Below, piece after piece: positions 13,790 through 27,588 of a DNA stretch of 64,000 nucleotides. The stretch comes from Sphagnum compactum (lineage: Eukaryota). The notes below the pieces were generated by a model. It did no database searches. It was given only the letters and a program-made list of their open reading frames with translations, and was not told the origin of the DNA. The position numbers and the translations under genes are program-made. Location of the stretch: assembly GCA_965153455.1 (NCBI GenBank), contig OZ234493.1, positions 21,628,213 through 21,692,212 of the forward strand. The letters run 5' to 3'. Positions within the stretch are counted from its first letter, which is position 1; the number at the start of each line of letters is the position of its first letter.

Positions 13790-14786
13790 TTAAGTAATGG
13801 GGACCAAGGGTGGAATAGGCATTGAACTAGTTGGGAAATTTGTAGCAAATGTAAATCTAAATGTCTAAGTTTAATTAAATGTTTTCTTTTTATATTTGAT
13901 TCAAAATCTTGGATAAATTGACATGGACATGTGCTAGCATGTGAAATTAGTTTAATTTAAGAGTGCATGGAGTTACAAAATGTGATAGTTGGTGTTAGAC
14001 AATTGGTATTGGATGTCATAATTTATTTGTTTAACACAAAATGTGATGACACATTTTGTAATTTAGGAGGGTTAAAATATAAAAACTTATTTTGATTTGG
14101 TGATTGTGGATGTGTTAAACAAGTATAATGTACATGGATTACCTATGTTGTTTATTCCCAAATGGAATACAAAAGCTATTGAAAAGTGGCCACTCTTACA
14201 AAATCTCTACCATAATATTGGAACAATTTCGACATAAATAAAATTATTTTTGGTTTTGTCAAATTTTTGAAAAATAATAGACACACTAGCCTCTTGTATA
14301 AACTTAATAAGATGGTGTTTGATGTGTTTAGATTCATTATATAGTATAGTAGCTTATGGGATTTTGGCCCCTAGGTAATAAATAATAGGTCTAATTTTAT
14401 ATGTGGATTTTTGAAAGATGATATTTTGGCTATTGTGTTGAAACTTGAGATTAGTTATAATAGAGTTATAATAATATCTTGAAGGATTTTGGTTTTTTTC
14501 AAAGGATCTTTCAAAGATTATATTTTTGCATCGTGAAATATTTGAGTTTTCAATAATTCTTCTTTTTGCCTTAAGATACTTTTTAATATAAATGGCAAAG
14601 GGCACAATGTGCCACACACCCCTTGCTATTTTTTTTATAACCATTTACTTGCTAAAAAAATTCAGAATTAAAAAAAACCAAGTGCAAAAGTTAAGATTTA
14701 AAATTTTAATTAATTATTCAGCAGCTCGTTGTCGAATCCCATCAGGAAGTATGTGACTGGCGGTTTTTGTGGTCATCAAAAAATAG

Positions 14787-15491
14787 TGCAAAACCCAGTG
14801 GACCAGTGAAGGTTTAGTGCAAAAACCAGTGGACCAATGAAGATTTACTGCAAAAACCAGTGGACCAATGAAGATTTAGTGCAAAAACCAGTGGACCAAT
14901 GAAGATTTAGTGCAAAAACCAGTGGACCAATGAAGATTTAGTGTAGAAACCAGTGCCTAAACCAGTGGACCAATGAAGGTTTAGTTCAAAGACCAGTGCA
15001 AAAACCAGTGGACCAATGAAGATTTAGTGTAGAAACCAGTGCCTAAACCAGTGGACCAATGAAGGTTTAGTTCAAAGACCAGTGCAAAAACCAGTGGACC
15101 AATGAAGATTTAGTACATAATCCATTGCAAAACCAGTGGACCAATGAAGATTTAGTACAAAAACCAGTGCAAAACCAGTGGACCCATGAAGATTTAGTAC
15201 AAAAACCAGTGCATAAACCAGTGGACCAATGAAGGTTTAGTGTAAAACCCAGTGGACCAATGAAGGTTTAGTGTAAAACCCAGTGGACCAATGAGGGTTT
15301 AGTGTAAAAACCAGTGGACCAATGAGGGTTTAGTGTGAAAACCAGTGGACCAATGAGGGTTTAGGGTAAAAACCAGTGGACCAATGAGGGTTTAGGGTAA
15401 AAACCAGTGGACCAATGTGGGTTTTGTGTAAAAACCAGTGGACCAATGAGGGTTTTGTGTACAAACCAGTGGACCCAATGAAGGTTTTGTG
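14787..15491. repeat. Tandem array of a 31-bp unit (aaaaccagtggaccaatgaag(a/g)tttagtg), 20 copies, some with an ~11-12-bp insert; ends ~400 bp upstream of the CLU start codon
   Basis: Core cagtggacc counted 20 times; period 31 at both ends and 42-43 in the middle block. Confidence 0.95.
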
Positions 15492-15886
15492 ATTTCAGAG
15501 GCAAAAAAGTCTTCCATGTCACTCACTTCCACTGACAGTAGGGTTTAGGAGCCTAGTACCTAGGGCGTGACTGAAACATTGGCGCATTTACACTGAGGAG
15601 GAGTTTTTGTTAGATTTTAATTGTGTTTACATTGAAGTAAAAAGTCTTGGTTAGGGTTAGGGCTTTTGGGCTTTTGGGTTTTTTTTTAATCTGCTTTCAG
15701 GGGAGGAGGAGGGAGGAGGGGTGGAGATCCTGCACATCCAAACTGTAAGTACCCATATGTCCTTCGATGTGGATAAGATTATCGGTTTTTCTCACAAGAA
15801 CATTTTGACACATTCTAGTGTTTGGTGTGGGTTGGGGGGGGATTGGGGGATTGGGTGTTGGGGATTGAGCAGAGGGTTTGTGAATC

Positions 15887-18800
15887 ATGGCAGGCAAGTC
15901 GCACAAGAACAACAAAGGCAAGGCTAAGACTGGTGTGGTGGTGGGCAAGCCTTTGTCGTCCACGGATACAGCAACAACGACAGTGGGTGTCCGGGAAGTT
16001 CCAGTTCTTGCTAGTGCTACAGGATTGCCTGAACTTGGTTTGAAAAGACCAGCAAAACCCGTGCCAACAGCAGCAGCAGCAGCAGCAGGAGCAGCAGCAG
16101 GAGCAGTCCCTGTTGTTGTTGAATCATCATCTTCACCTGGTGTGAAGGAGAGTATTGTTCCTGAGGAGGTAGCTTCTAGTAATGGGAAGCAGGAGGGAAC
16201 AACAACCTTGGCAGAGGCTGTCCCAGCTTCTACTGCACCTCAAGAAACTGAAAAGGCCATGGCAGCCAGTAAGGATGAAGACAGCTCTGAGCACTCGGGA
16301 GGTGAAGGAGAAGGTGCTGTTTAAACCCCAATTTTTTGATGTTTACTCGAGAGTGATGAGAGAGGTCAAGTTTTTAGGGTATGGCAAGGGAATTTCTACC
16401 CTGTTGTGAATCTTTTGTGAACAATCCTGATATTACCTCATGATGGGTGGGCCTTTTATTTATTTATTTACTAGATAGTCTCAGCTTTGTCAACATTCTT
16501 CTTCTGTACACAAGTCCCTCACAGATTTGGCAAAATTCACAGCGGAGTTGCGCCTCTACCCTATTACTGTGAAAGGACCTGGTGGTGAGCAGCTTGAGCT
16601 ACAGGTATGCTCATTCTTCCCATTTTGCAGTCTCAAAGGATTGAGATTAATTGAAGTAATCACCTGCTACTATATGAATTATTTGCCTTATGATGACAAA
16701 TTTCTGGAGTTAAACCTGTAAACCTCATTGCTTGTGGGGTTTATCCTTGCAGATCAACCCAGGAGACTCGGTCATGGATTTGCGACAGTTCTTGTTGGAT
16801 GCACCAGAGACATGCTTTTACACATGTTATGACCTCATTTTGAAGGCTGCCGATGGTGTGCGCTACCATTTGGCAGAGTACCTCGAAATTGGGGAGGTTG
16901 CTGATGTGGCAGCTGGAGGCTGCTCATTGGAGATGGTTAATGGTGAACTAATAACCCCCCTTCTCTCTTGTAGTTTTTCACTGCAGTTTGCATCTGTAGA
17001 AGCATTTCGACTGTGTACCTGTTGCTTGATTCTTTGCAAGTTGCACCATGTTCCTCTCACATCAGGTTGGCAAAGAACCATTCTGTACAAATGCCTACCC
17101 AATGTGGCTGGAGTGCTATACAGATTTTGTTGTCTCTGTTGAATATACAGCCCTGAAACCAAGGTTTGGTGTTGCTGATTGTCATTTGTCCAGTGTACAT
17201 GGCTTGGATTAACAATGTCGTGGTATTGTGCAGCCATGTATGATGATAGGTCTGTAAGGTCACATGTGAGGCGTGCTCGAGATCTCATCTCGACTGCCAG
17301 TATCCATTCGTCACTTTCAACTGCACTAGCTTCAGAATATGAAGCAAAACAGGCTGATGCCACAGGTGTACCTCCCTTGTTGATTCCCTTGCAATTCCTG
17401 CCAAATAGCTGATGTGGTTGTGTTTGTAGCAGACCTCTCTGGTGTGACATCTGTTGACTGCTTAGTTGTCTGACAGCAGGTAATGGAGATGAAAATGAGG
17501 CATCCTCCTCCTCAAGTGACTCAAAACCCAAGGTTCCTAATGACAAGCAAACAGGTAGATCTCCTAACCCATCCTGCCGTAATTCTCTTCCTACTGACAC
17601 CTCTCTGTATTCTGATCGTTGGTGACTTCTTTCAGGATTGAACTCTGACATAGGCTACTTATTTGCAATGCATTGAGAGAAATTAACTTTATTTGAGACC
17701 ATGATGTGTGCTGTGTGCGAACCCATCAGTGTCACAGCAGTGTTTAAGTTGATATCTTTGGTATGTAGGAGCAATGAAGGGGGAGGCAGCTGAGCTTGAT
17801 GGGGGCCTAGGGTTCATGGAAGACTCAGTGGGCTTACTTGGAGCCCTTGTTTCAGTTCCAATAGTGGAGGATAGTCCTTGTGTGGATACAATAGCATTCT
17901 CTTCCTTCAATCCTGTGCCGGGATATCGAAGGTAACAACATCCATATCATATTAATCTCTGCTCAAGTTTGTCTATCCACAGTACCATTTTCTTGTGGTC
18001 TGTATTTTTGTACTCTTGTGTTATTGCACCATGTAAGAACATGTCTTTGTTTGGTACATGTTCAGGCTGCTTGGTGACTTGATATACCTAGATGTGGTAT
18101 CTGTGGAGGGGGAAAAGTACTGTATTACAGCACACACCCGTGGATTCTACATTAATAGAAGTACGGGAAATGTTTTGGATGCCCAACCTTCAAAGCCTGT
18201 AAAGGAGGCCACCACCCTTGTGGGTCTTCTACGTCAAGTCAGTGAGAAGTTTGCCACAGGTACATTGCTGGATTTCTTCCTTTGAAAGAAAAATGTCAAG
18301 TTTCAGGATTGCAGGTGTTAGCACTGGAGCAGTGTTTGATGCTGTACTACTTTGTTATCAGCTGTTGAGGATTCTTGCTATCAGCTGATAAAGGGGATGG
18401 GGGTGGGCACTAATTTATCTAGGATGCCATTTCTCTTTGGTTGCTACAATTTCTCTATTTATGTTATCCTGAATCTTGGATGTTGATACAGGCTTTGCTG
18501 AGACTCTTGAAAGGAAGGCATCAGGGCACCCATTTGAGAATGTGCCTGTGCTTTTGCCCCCAAATTCATGGCTTGGTCCCTATCCCACACCCTGTAAGTC
18601 AGACAAAACATTTGTCAGACTGAAAGTTAACAACATGTCAGCTTTTGAGGCTTGTAGAACCATTTTGTTGATTACAGTTGGTGAATTATTAGCTCAGATT
18701 GACCATTGTGATGGTGGATCTGATGCTGATGCTTGTTTGGGGTATGTTTGTGGCAGTACATAAGAGAGACATTGCACGAGCAGAGGATGCTTTGATGGTG

Positions 18801-21800
18801 CCTTATGGAACTGAGATTGTGGGCATGCAACGTGATTGGAATGAGGAGCTTCAGTCTTGTAGAGAATTCTCACGTGAATCTTTGCAAGACAGGTGATGTG
18901 TTTAACTCCATAATTGGACATATTCGTCCTTTGCAGATCATTGTATTTGTTAAGAAGCATTCAAAAGGGAAAATATTCAAAGTCTTCAGAGTGAGACCAC
19001 TCTGCCTGTGCCCTCTTCAGCAGATACAAGAACTGAATGGCAAACATTTTAATAACAACATGATTGATGACTGTGTTTTTGAGGTGAATCTGGTAAGATA
19101 ACAATCGATGTGTGTCTGGCAATGTGCAGGATTATGAGGGACAGGGCTCTGTATAAGGTGAACTGTGACTTTGTGGAAGCTGCAACCAAAGGAGCAAGGG
19201 CTGTAATTGGACGGTGTATCCCACCCATAAACCCAACCGACCCTGACCGCTTCCACATGTAAGAGAGCAGCTTTCATATCTGCTTGCTTTCCAATGTGTA
19301 AAGGGGAGATCAAGACACGGTCTGTTTGAGTTTGCATCCTGACATTAGGTGTGGACATGCCAGGTATGTGCACAACAACATCTTCTTCAGCTTTGCGGTG
19401 GATGGAGATTTTGCACTTATGCAGCAACTGAGGGAACAGGAGCTACGGCAACAGACTGAAAGGGATGATAAGGAAGCAGACACCAGAGAAAATGGAGATG
19501 TTGTCACAGCAGTGTCAGGTGAGGCTGCTGTTCCTCCTGAGCCTGAGACAACTGAGTTGCCATCAGGTGAGACAGGTCCGAAGGAGGATTCCTCAGTTGA
19601 AGCAGGAGCGCCTAGTGAAACACCTCCAGCCCCAGTTGTGGAGAGTGAGCAGGCTACATATGCTTCGGCAAACAATGACTTGAAGGGAACCAAAGCATAC
19701 AACAATGCAGATGTGGCTGGTCTGTACACACTCGCTATGGCCATTGTTGATTTCAGAGGACACCGCGTTGTTGCACAGGTAGGCAGCATTCTGTAAGTGT
19801 CTTCACAAGGATATGTTGTTAATGTCTGAGACCTTGTGAGTGACACTCACAAAGTTATGACCACACTCATTTCTTGTCATGCTTTGTTTTGGTTTGGTTG
19901 GAACTGATAGTTTTGCTTTGTCAAATTACATGTTTGTTGCAATTTTCTCTCTGCAATCATGTTGATATGTCTTTATGTCCCAACAGCAAGAGAATGTCAT
20001 TTTTGTGAAGGTTTGGGTTGTCTCTGATAAGGCTTGGAATGGATGGACTTCTGTTTGAGTCACATGGCAGCACTATCAGTGCTCAAGAGAAGGAAAAGGA
20101 AGTCTTTTCAGAATGAGCTTCCTGGGTTTGTGCATGTGGGGTCTTCGAAGTTTTTGTAGATTGAGCTGTGTTCTGTAATGTGGATTGCAGAGCATCATAC
20201 CAGGTATTTTGCAAGGAGATAAGACTGAATCATTACTGTATGGTTCTGTGGACAATGGGAAAAAGATCGCATGGAACGAGAAGTTTCATTCCAAGGTGGG
20301 TTGCTGCCCTCAGATTCCATTGTAGTCAACTTCAACTTGCATCTAATAAAGGTGTTCTCTTGAGTTGCAACAAGCTAAGCAAGTTTCTCCTTTGCAGGCA
20401 CTGGAAGCAGGGAAGCTGTTACACATAAAGGAACACACTGTGCTGGATGCAGCTGGCAAAGGCATCACCCTTTGTGCACCTGTTGAATGCAAAGGCATTG
20501 TCGGCAGTGATGACCGGTTTGTCTTCCATCTCTATGTTTTTGCTGATCAGAGACTATTTGTGGTGGGTAATCCTTTCTGGAGGCTTGTAGTTACAGACAC
20601 ACAAAGCATCATTAGTTGGAAGGAACATATATATTACATAAGAAGAGTCCGAGGGAGAGCATGTGCATTTTACAGCAGTCAGAATAGCAAAGGTTCAGTT
20701 TGGCACATTTTTTAGTCCTTTATGATATTCAAGTTTGTTTTCAGAAGGATCTGGAAGGACTTAGTCATATAAAACTGGGCTCATGCCACCGGAATTTCTT
20801 ATGGGTAAGGATTAGATGATGGTTCATATGTATCACTATTCTACTTTCAAACAGTCAAGGAGAAGTGAACTTTGTTGTGATGAGTATGGAAAACAATGCA
20901 GTGTTCCACTTGTAATTATTGATTGTCCATTTGGTCAATATGTCTTAGGTGGAAGGAGACAACCTTCTCTCTGCAGGCTCGAAGCTTGAGAAGTTATGGT
21001 TGGTTTTTGCAGGCACTACATGCTAGACCTGATGAGAACAACTCCCAGGGACATCAACTATACTGGCCCTGGATCACGCCTTTGTGTCCTTAGACCAGAG
21101 CTTGTCGCAGTATTTTGCCAGGTGTGGTATTTCCCTTCTGCCGACATTGATAGGAAAACCTTCTAGTAGTATGAAATTGACGCGTTTGCATGCAAGTTAT
21201 GTGAGTAACTTCTCATACCACATTGCTAGGTCAAATGTACAATGTGATGAATGATATTATGCAGGTTGAGGCACTTGAAAGAGTGAAGAAAAGGAAGGCA
21301 GAAGGAGATCAAGCAGATGAAAAGACCTTGCTAGAGGAGGAACTTCCAAAGATTGTTTTGAACCCCAATGTGTTCACTGATTTCAAAGTGTCAGGTGACC
21401 CAGAGGTTGGTGTGATATTCTCTTACCAAATCTTCACCAGGTGCTGAAACTGGGGGACGATGGTTCTGTGAGCTTTTGTGCAGCTTTTATTTTCCCTAAA
21501 GATGACACATTCTTGCAAAATGGGTGACTTAAAAAACATGAGTTAAAATGTGGGATATTCAGCAATGGTTGATGGGGTTGTGTTATTGGTATGGTAGTAC
21601 TCACCAACATAGAGCTCATTGCTTAGGACCCTGAGTTTTGAAGCAGACTGCTAAGGTCAAATGCTGTGGGTTGCGGATTATGTTTAATGTAGGATATAGC
21701 AGCAGATGAAGAGCTGGTCAGAAAAGCAGGACAATATCTTGTGGATACTGTTCTCCCAAAGTTGGTTGTGGATCTCAGTAGCCTGGAGGTGTCACCCATG

Positions 21801-24800
21801 GATGGTCCCACTCTCACTGATGCCCTCCATGCACATGGTATCAATGTTCGCTATCTTGGCAAGGTATGGAGCTCTCTTCTTGACCACAGCCTTTTTCTGT
21901 GCAAAAAGCTAGTTGTCCTTCCAGACATTAGTTTCAGATACTAGCTACACTCAGACATCCATAGACATATGTTGGATATCTGTATTCTCTCTTGGGTCTG
22001 CTTCTGCTGCAGGGATATTGCTTCATGGGTTTGTGAGATTTGCGTGATTCATTTTCCTCATGCATTCAGCGGTTGTTCAATTTCAACAGGTTGCGAAACA
22101 GACAGAGAATCTGCCTCATGTTTGGGATTTGTGCATTGTGGAGATGGTGATTCGATCTGCCAAGCACATCCTGAAGGTACATTGCTTGCAGTTTTGGATT
22201 TTGTCCCATAAGCCTCATGTTTGTCCAAATTTGACATATTGGTGGGAGATCTCTCAGTGAACTCAAAACTATGTGCTGCAAATTGCAGGGTGTTCTACGG
22301 GAGACTCTTGATCAGGATGTGGGTGGGGCAATTGCCCATTTTTTCAACTGCCTGGTTGGGCCAGAGACAGCGCCCTCAAATTCTGAAGTCACTGTTGTAT
22401 CAAATGGGAAGCCAGAGAAAAGTGAAGCCAATTCTGTGAGTAGAGTGTTCTTATCATATCTTGCATACTTGGACACTAAAGATACATTAAGAGTAATGTC
22501 AACCTGTCTTCTAGCTCCCTAAACATTGTTACAGTTGCACAAATGAACACAGTAACCTCTGAAAAGGTTGACACCTGGGTGCTAATGAACATGGCTAGAA
22601 GGCTAGGAGTCAAAGTCTCAGGGTTGTAGTTTGTGTGATCAAATCTGAGCATGACGGATGATAGTGCAAAATTCGGAAGTAGAATTCCAAATATTTCATA
22701 TTATTTGGACATACGTTCCTCTGGAAATGAATGTTGAATGGTGGAGATTGACCTGGTATCATTCATGATGAGAACAGGAAGAAGTAGCAACTGAGATTCA
22801 GCCTTCATATTTGTGCATCACACCAACCCTGGTCTGGACTGACATTCATGAGGGTGTCAAATTCAAGTATCAGGTATGAATGACTGTCAAGAGACTGCAT
22901 GTTGAATATCTTGGAATTGTTTTTCTTACACTACTAGTATGTGAACAGTGCACTTCTCAAGCAACCTGATTGGGTTTGTATTGCAGTTTGACTTGCCAAA
23001 GGATATCAGATCAAGAGTGAAGAAGATTTCGACTTTCAGGAACTTGAGTCAGAAGGTGTGTCTGTATGTTTTGATGTGAAAGAGATTCTTTTTGCTGTGC
23101 TTTGTTTCAGTATGGGCAATCATTTGTCATAATGTGGTGTTTAAATTCACCTGGGTGTTTGATTTTGTAGATGGGAGTTGCACTTTCTGCGAGGACATAC
23201 AGCTTTGATGCAGACGTGCCCTTTGAGACTTCTGATATTGTGGATCTGCAAGCAGTTGTGAAACACTTGTCTCCTGTCTGTGGTGATGCGCGTGATCTCT
23301 TGGAAAGTGGGAAGGTTCGGTTGGCACAGGTGAAGCTTCCACACTTCGGCTTATTGTCTCCTCTTTGTCTGTGTGTGTGTGAGTGTGTGTGTAGTAATAG
23401 TTTTTGCTTGGTGTGTCTCCTTCTATGTTCTTGTTTCAGATCCCTTCCACTTCACTTTTTGTGTTTGTTTGTTAACTCCATGTAAGGACCAATTACTGCT
23501 GAACAATTAAAGCATTTCTACACCTGATTTGTCTTCAGGATTCTTTGTTTTCATGCCGTTCACCTTCTTCTGTGTCAATTTCTCCCTTTGACAGAGGTAA
23601 TGACTGAGTGGGTGGCCTGACAATCAACATTACTGTCTAGATGACAGCCAGGATTGTAGGCATGTAAGGGATCAGATGCAAAGGAAAACCATTAATCTCC
23701 AATTGCCTTGAAACTTCGGCACCTTTGCCTCTCATCCTTGAAGAATTTTATGAACAGGAATTTTTTTTTGGTACTCGGAAACTGTTTTTTATGTAGCGAC
23801 AGGTAGATATTTTTGAGTCGGGGCTTTGAACACCAAAATAGAGAAATGCATTGTGGTGTGGGAGCAGGTTGGGCTACCCACGCGGGTGAAGCTCTTGGGA
23901 ACCCCGCAGCTCCCGCAGTGGTTTCGCCTCCATCAAGTTATTCCCATTCCTTGTCTTCCTCCTTCAGCTTGTGTGGTGTCACAGTGCATGCATACTGTTG
24001 TGGTCATTGTATGCTCTGATGACTCATCTAGCCTTTTGTGTCATCTGGGTATGGCCTCTCACTTTCTACTGTTGTGGAGGCTAGCTGATCTCTCAGAGAT
24101 GACACTCCAGAGGTCCCAAGTGACTATGGTACAGTGATTATATAACCTTATGGGGATGATTAACTTAGTCTTCCAAGGAGGCACTGAAGTTGGGGACTAA
24201 CGGTGGTTGCAGCCCCACCTGTTGCCTTCTTGACTTTCTCACTTGTACTCTGTGTGTACTTTGTGGACTAAAGTTGGGGACTAACAGTGGCTGTGTACTT
24301 TGTGGTATTGCTTGATGGATTCAGGGCAAGTTGAATGAAGCATATGAACTGTTCACAGAGGCTTTTACCATTTTGCAGCAGGTTTGATACTTGTATCCTT
24401 TACATTATGCTAGTTGTCTGTGATATGAAGGTCAAGAGTTTTGGATCTTTTGTTGAATGGTTTGTGTTTTGCAATTTCACCAAATTTGGAGAACTAGAAC
24501 TGTTAATCTGCTGAAGAACTTTGACATTTCTCCTCAAAAGTCTATTGACAGACGCCTGAGACATATTATAGATAGCTTTGATTTTGTTTCAGTTCATCAG
24601 ACCTCCAGAGAGTCAGAGGCCCCCAAGAACCTTTTTGAAGAGATGGTGAACTCATTTTTTATGATCTGGTTTTCTAAAAAGTGTGCTGCATTAGAAAGCA
24701 TGAAGGACTGGCCTAGGCAGCAGGCTTCACCTGCTTGAGGTAGGAACTCACTTGCTCATTTAAAATGGCTTTTGCTCCAGGTCTGTGGGCCAATGCATCG

Positions 24801-27588
24801 GGAGGTAGCGAATTGCTGCCGGTACTCTCTCGTCCTGCCTCTCTTTTACATCATCTCCTTACATGGGCATGAACTTGTAAGTGGCTATTCTAAGGGCTTT
24901 CAAATGGTTGAGATTCTGGTGTGGAGAGAAGCTAGTGTATCTGGTGAATCAACTGAAGCAGCTTTTGTTTTTCATGGTTTGGGATGGGAATGCAGCTATT
25001 TAGCTATGGTATTGTATCATGCTGGGGACATGGCCGGCGCTATCATGCAGCAGCATAAGGAACTTATTATCAATGAGCGTTGCTTAGGTCCTGATCACCC
25101 TGACACAGCACACAGGTGTCCTCTCCTTGTGAACCAAACCAGAGGACCTTAATCAATTGTGCATCCATCATGCTTTCCTTGATACTCAGTGGCTTAGGCT
25201 CTAAACAATAGCCTGCCTGGTATTTCTTGTTGCAACAGCAGTGTGCTTACACAGTTCCACTGACTGACTTGGGGAAATGGGAACAGCTATGGTAACATGG
25301 CACTATTCTACCATGGATTGAACCAAACTGAGCTTGCACTCCGGCACATGGCACGCACACTATTGCTGCTGAATGTATCATGTGGGTCAGATCACCCAGA
25401 TGTGGCAGCAACCTTCATCAACATTGCGATGATGTACCAGGACATTGGGAAGATGAATGTTGCTCTCCGCTACCTGCAGGAGGCTCTTAAGCGGAACGAG
25501 CGATTGTTGGGTCACGAACACATCCAAACTGCTGTTTGCTATCATGCTCTTGCCATCGCCTTCAACTGCATGGGTGCCTATAAGTTATCATTACAGGTAA
25601 ATTTGTTGGAATCTGAAAGCCTTTAAACTGTCAGTGGCTCACCCTTACATTATTTAAACTGTTTATGGTTGTAGACTAATTGGAGTAGTGATGTTGATCT
25701 GCTTAATCATGCAAAAATATCATGTTTGTGGGTTCTTTTGCTCTCTATGCCTTTGTCATGTATGGTTGCTCGTACGGGGAAAGATAAGATGAAATGAAGG
25801 TTCCCATCACAAGCTTCTTGTAGCTTGAATAAGGGTATTATGGACTTAATTGATTGCCTATACCTTTTGAGTGCTGTCTGACACCATAACTGAGTTTTGG
25901 TGCTGCATCTGTAGAAGGCATCAGAAAGTTAGGATGCAGAATTTGTTTAATCTTTGCACTCAGTTTTGAGCAGGTTGTCATATGCTTGTCTTACACCCAT
26001 GGTCAGGAGCTGTTGAAGTCAAGTGATGGCAGCTAGTCACAGTCACAAAGATTATGACTGCACACATTCCTGTTGTCTTTTTTAGGTTGGGCTGGAACTG
26101 ACACATGATGTTTTTGTGGAGCTTGTCTCTGCAATCACATTCATTTACTTATTTTGCTGGAACTGCTGCATTGGGTCTTCAAATGAACATGAATGGATGA
26201 TACACTGTTGCTTGTGTGTCTTAGCTTTCTACTTTTGTACATCTGCATAAAAAAAAAAGCAGAGTTTGGACAGTTGCACCAAGTGAATTTTTGGGGGATG
26301 GGAACAGCATGAACGTAGCACATACAACATACTGGTGAAGCAACTTGGTGAAGAGGACTCAAGAACTCGGGAATCTGCTAACTGGATCAAGACTTTCCAG
26401 ATACGTGAAAATCAGGTCAGCACCCAGCTCTGTGAGGTCCTCTGGAGCTTTATTCTTGCATGAGATCAGTCACCTTGTAAACCAACCTGTGTGGTAAAAC
26501 TAAGAACAGGAACACTGTTTGAAATGGCTTTGTTGAGGTCACCCTTATTATTCAGTTGTCAATGTGTGTACTCATTTCTGTTTCCTTACTACAGGCACAT
26601 GCCCAGAAGCAAAGGGGTCAACAGTCTATGAGTATTACAGCAGTGCAGAAGGCTGCAGAAGCTCTCAAGGTTTGTAATCAGCCATTTTGCATTCTGGTTT
26701 TTGCTGACTTGCACTCAGCTTTTGTGTCGTTGCTGAGGATTGGCATGTTATGCTGCTTGCAGTAGACAACCGCAAGGTGTTAGTAGTCACAAAATGTACT
26801 TATTGTCTTGCTGATTGATGATGTTTGATTGCCAACTGCAAGATAATTTCAGGACAGTTTATTCAGTGTGTCAGAGCAGAAATATATACACAGCTCTTCT
26901 GTTCTTTCATGTGAGAATAGAAACTTTGATTAGTGAAGGTCTTTTGTCTGGTTGGTGCTGCCTTTAATCATGAGTGCATAGATTTCTTAATACTTGCAGG
27001 AGTTGTTTCCTGTGATAATGGCAGGCCCGACCAGATCTGGTGCAAGCCTTCCAGGCAGCAGCAGCCAGTGCAAGCGCAAGCCGAGGTCCTTTGGGCAAAG
27101 GTGCAGGAGCTAGTTATAATGCAGCTGATATTCTCCCAAGGTCAAGGGGCACAGATGAGCGGGCTGCAAGAGCGGCTAATGAAGTTCGAAAGAAAGCAGC
27201 AGCAAGGGGTTTGAATGTGCGGCCTCAGGCAGGGGTACCTGGTCAAAGCATCCCTCCCCTTGGTGACTTGCTATCCCTCATCAATGGTGGAGTTGCTGGA
27301 AAAGCTCCAGTGGCAAGCAGTTCTTCTGCATCAAGTACAGCCAGAGGTGCTGGAAAGACAATACCACAACCAAGGCCAGAAAGCAGCGGGAAAAAAGCTG
27401 GGATTTCAACAAACTCCAACTCTGTTGTGCGGCCAACACCAGTTGCACAGGCAGTAATTGGGTCTGTGGATGGGACTGCCGCTGTGGTGGGTCCCTCACC
27501 GTCAGGTCCTTCACCATTAGGGTTGGGGGGTGGCTTAGGTGGCCTAGATTCTAAAAAGAAGAAACCCCGATCCAAGAATCCAGCATGA
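15887..27588 (+). CDS. CLU: Clustered mitochondria protein (CLU/FRIENDLY/eIF3 p135-like; CLU_N, CLU, CLU-central and TPR domains), 28 exons
   Basis: GT-AG exons read by eye: 15887-16313, 16543-16604, 16753-16942, 17234-17365, 17480-17554, 17769-17931, 18066-18259, 18492-18593, 18757-18892, 19130-19258, 19364-19778, 20191-20295, 20398-20516, 21013-21121, 21265-21405, 21693-21863, 22090-22176, 22289-22435, 22778-22873, 22987-23055, 23171-23329, 24325-24381, 24781-24821, 24996-25115, 25287-25596, 26308-26415, 26595-26669, 27025-27588. Diagnostic motifs: [77 protein letters not shown], and TPR-type GPDHPDTAH / [20 protein letters not shown]. Confidence 0.96.

Noticed and set aside
15295-15400. 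Interstitial telomere (tttaggg)
   Set aside because: Only isolated single motifs inside the 31-bp units; no telomeric run.
14787-15491. CRISPR-like appearance of the 31-bp array
   Set aside because: Units are head-to-tail with no unique spacers, there are no cas genes, and the context is a eukaryotic intron-rich genome.
16863-17651. 262-aa minus-strand ORF (and 19310-19846, 19017-19427)
   Set aside because: Antisense to well-supported CLU exons and introns; no recognisable domain.
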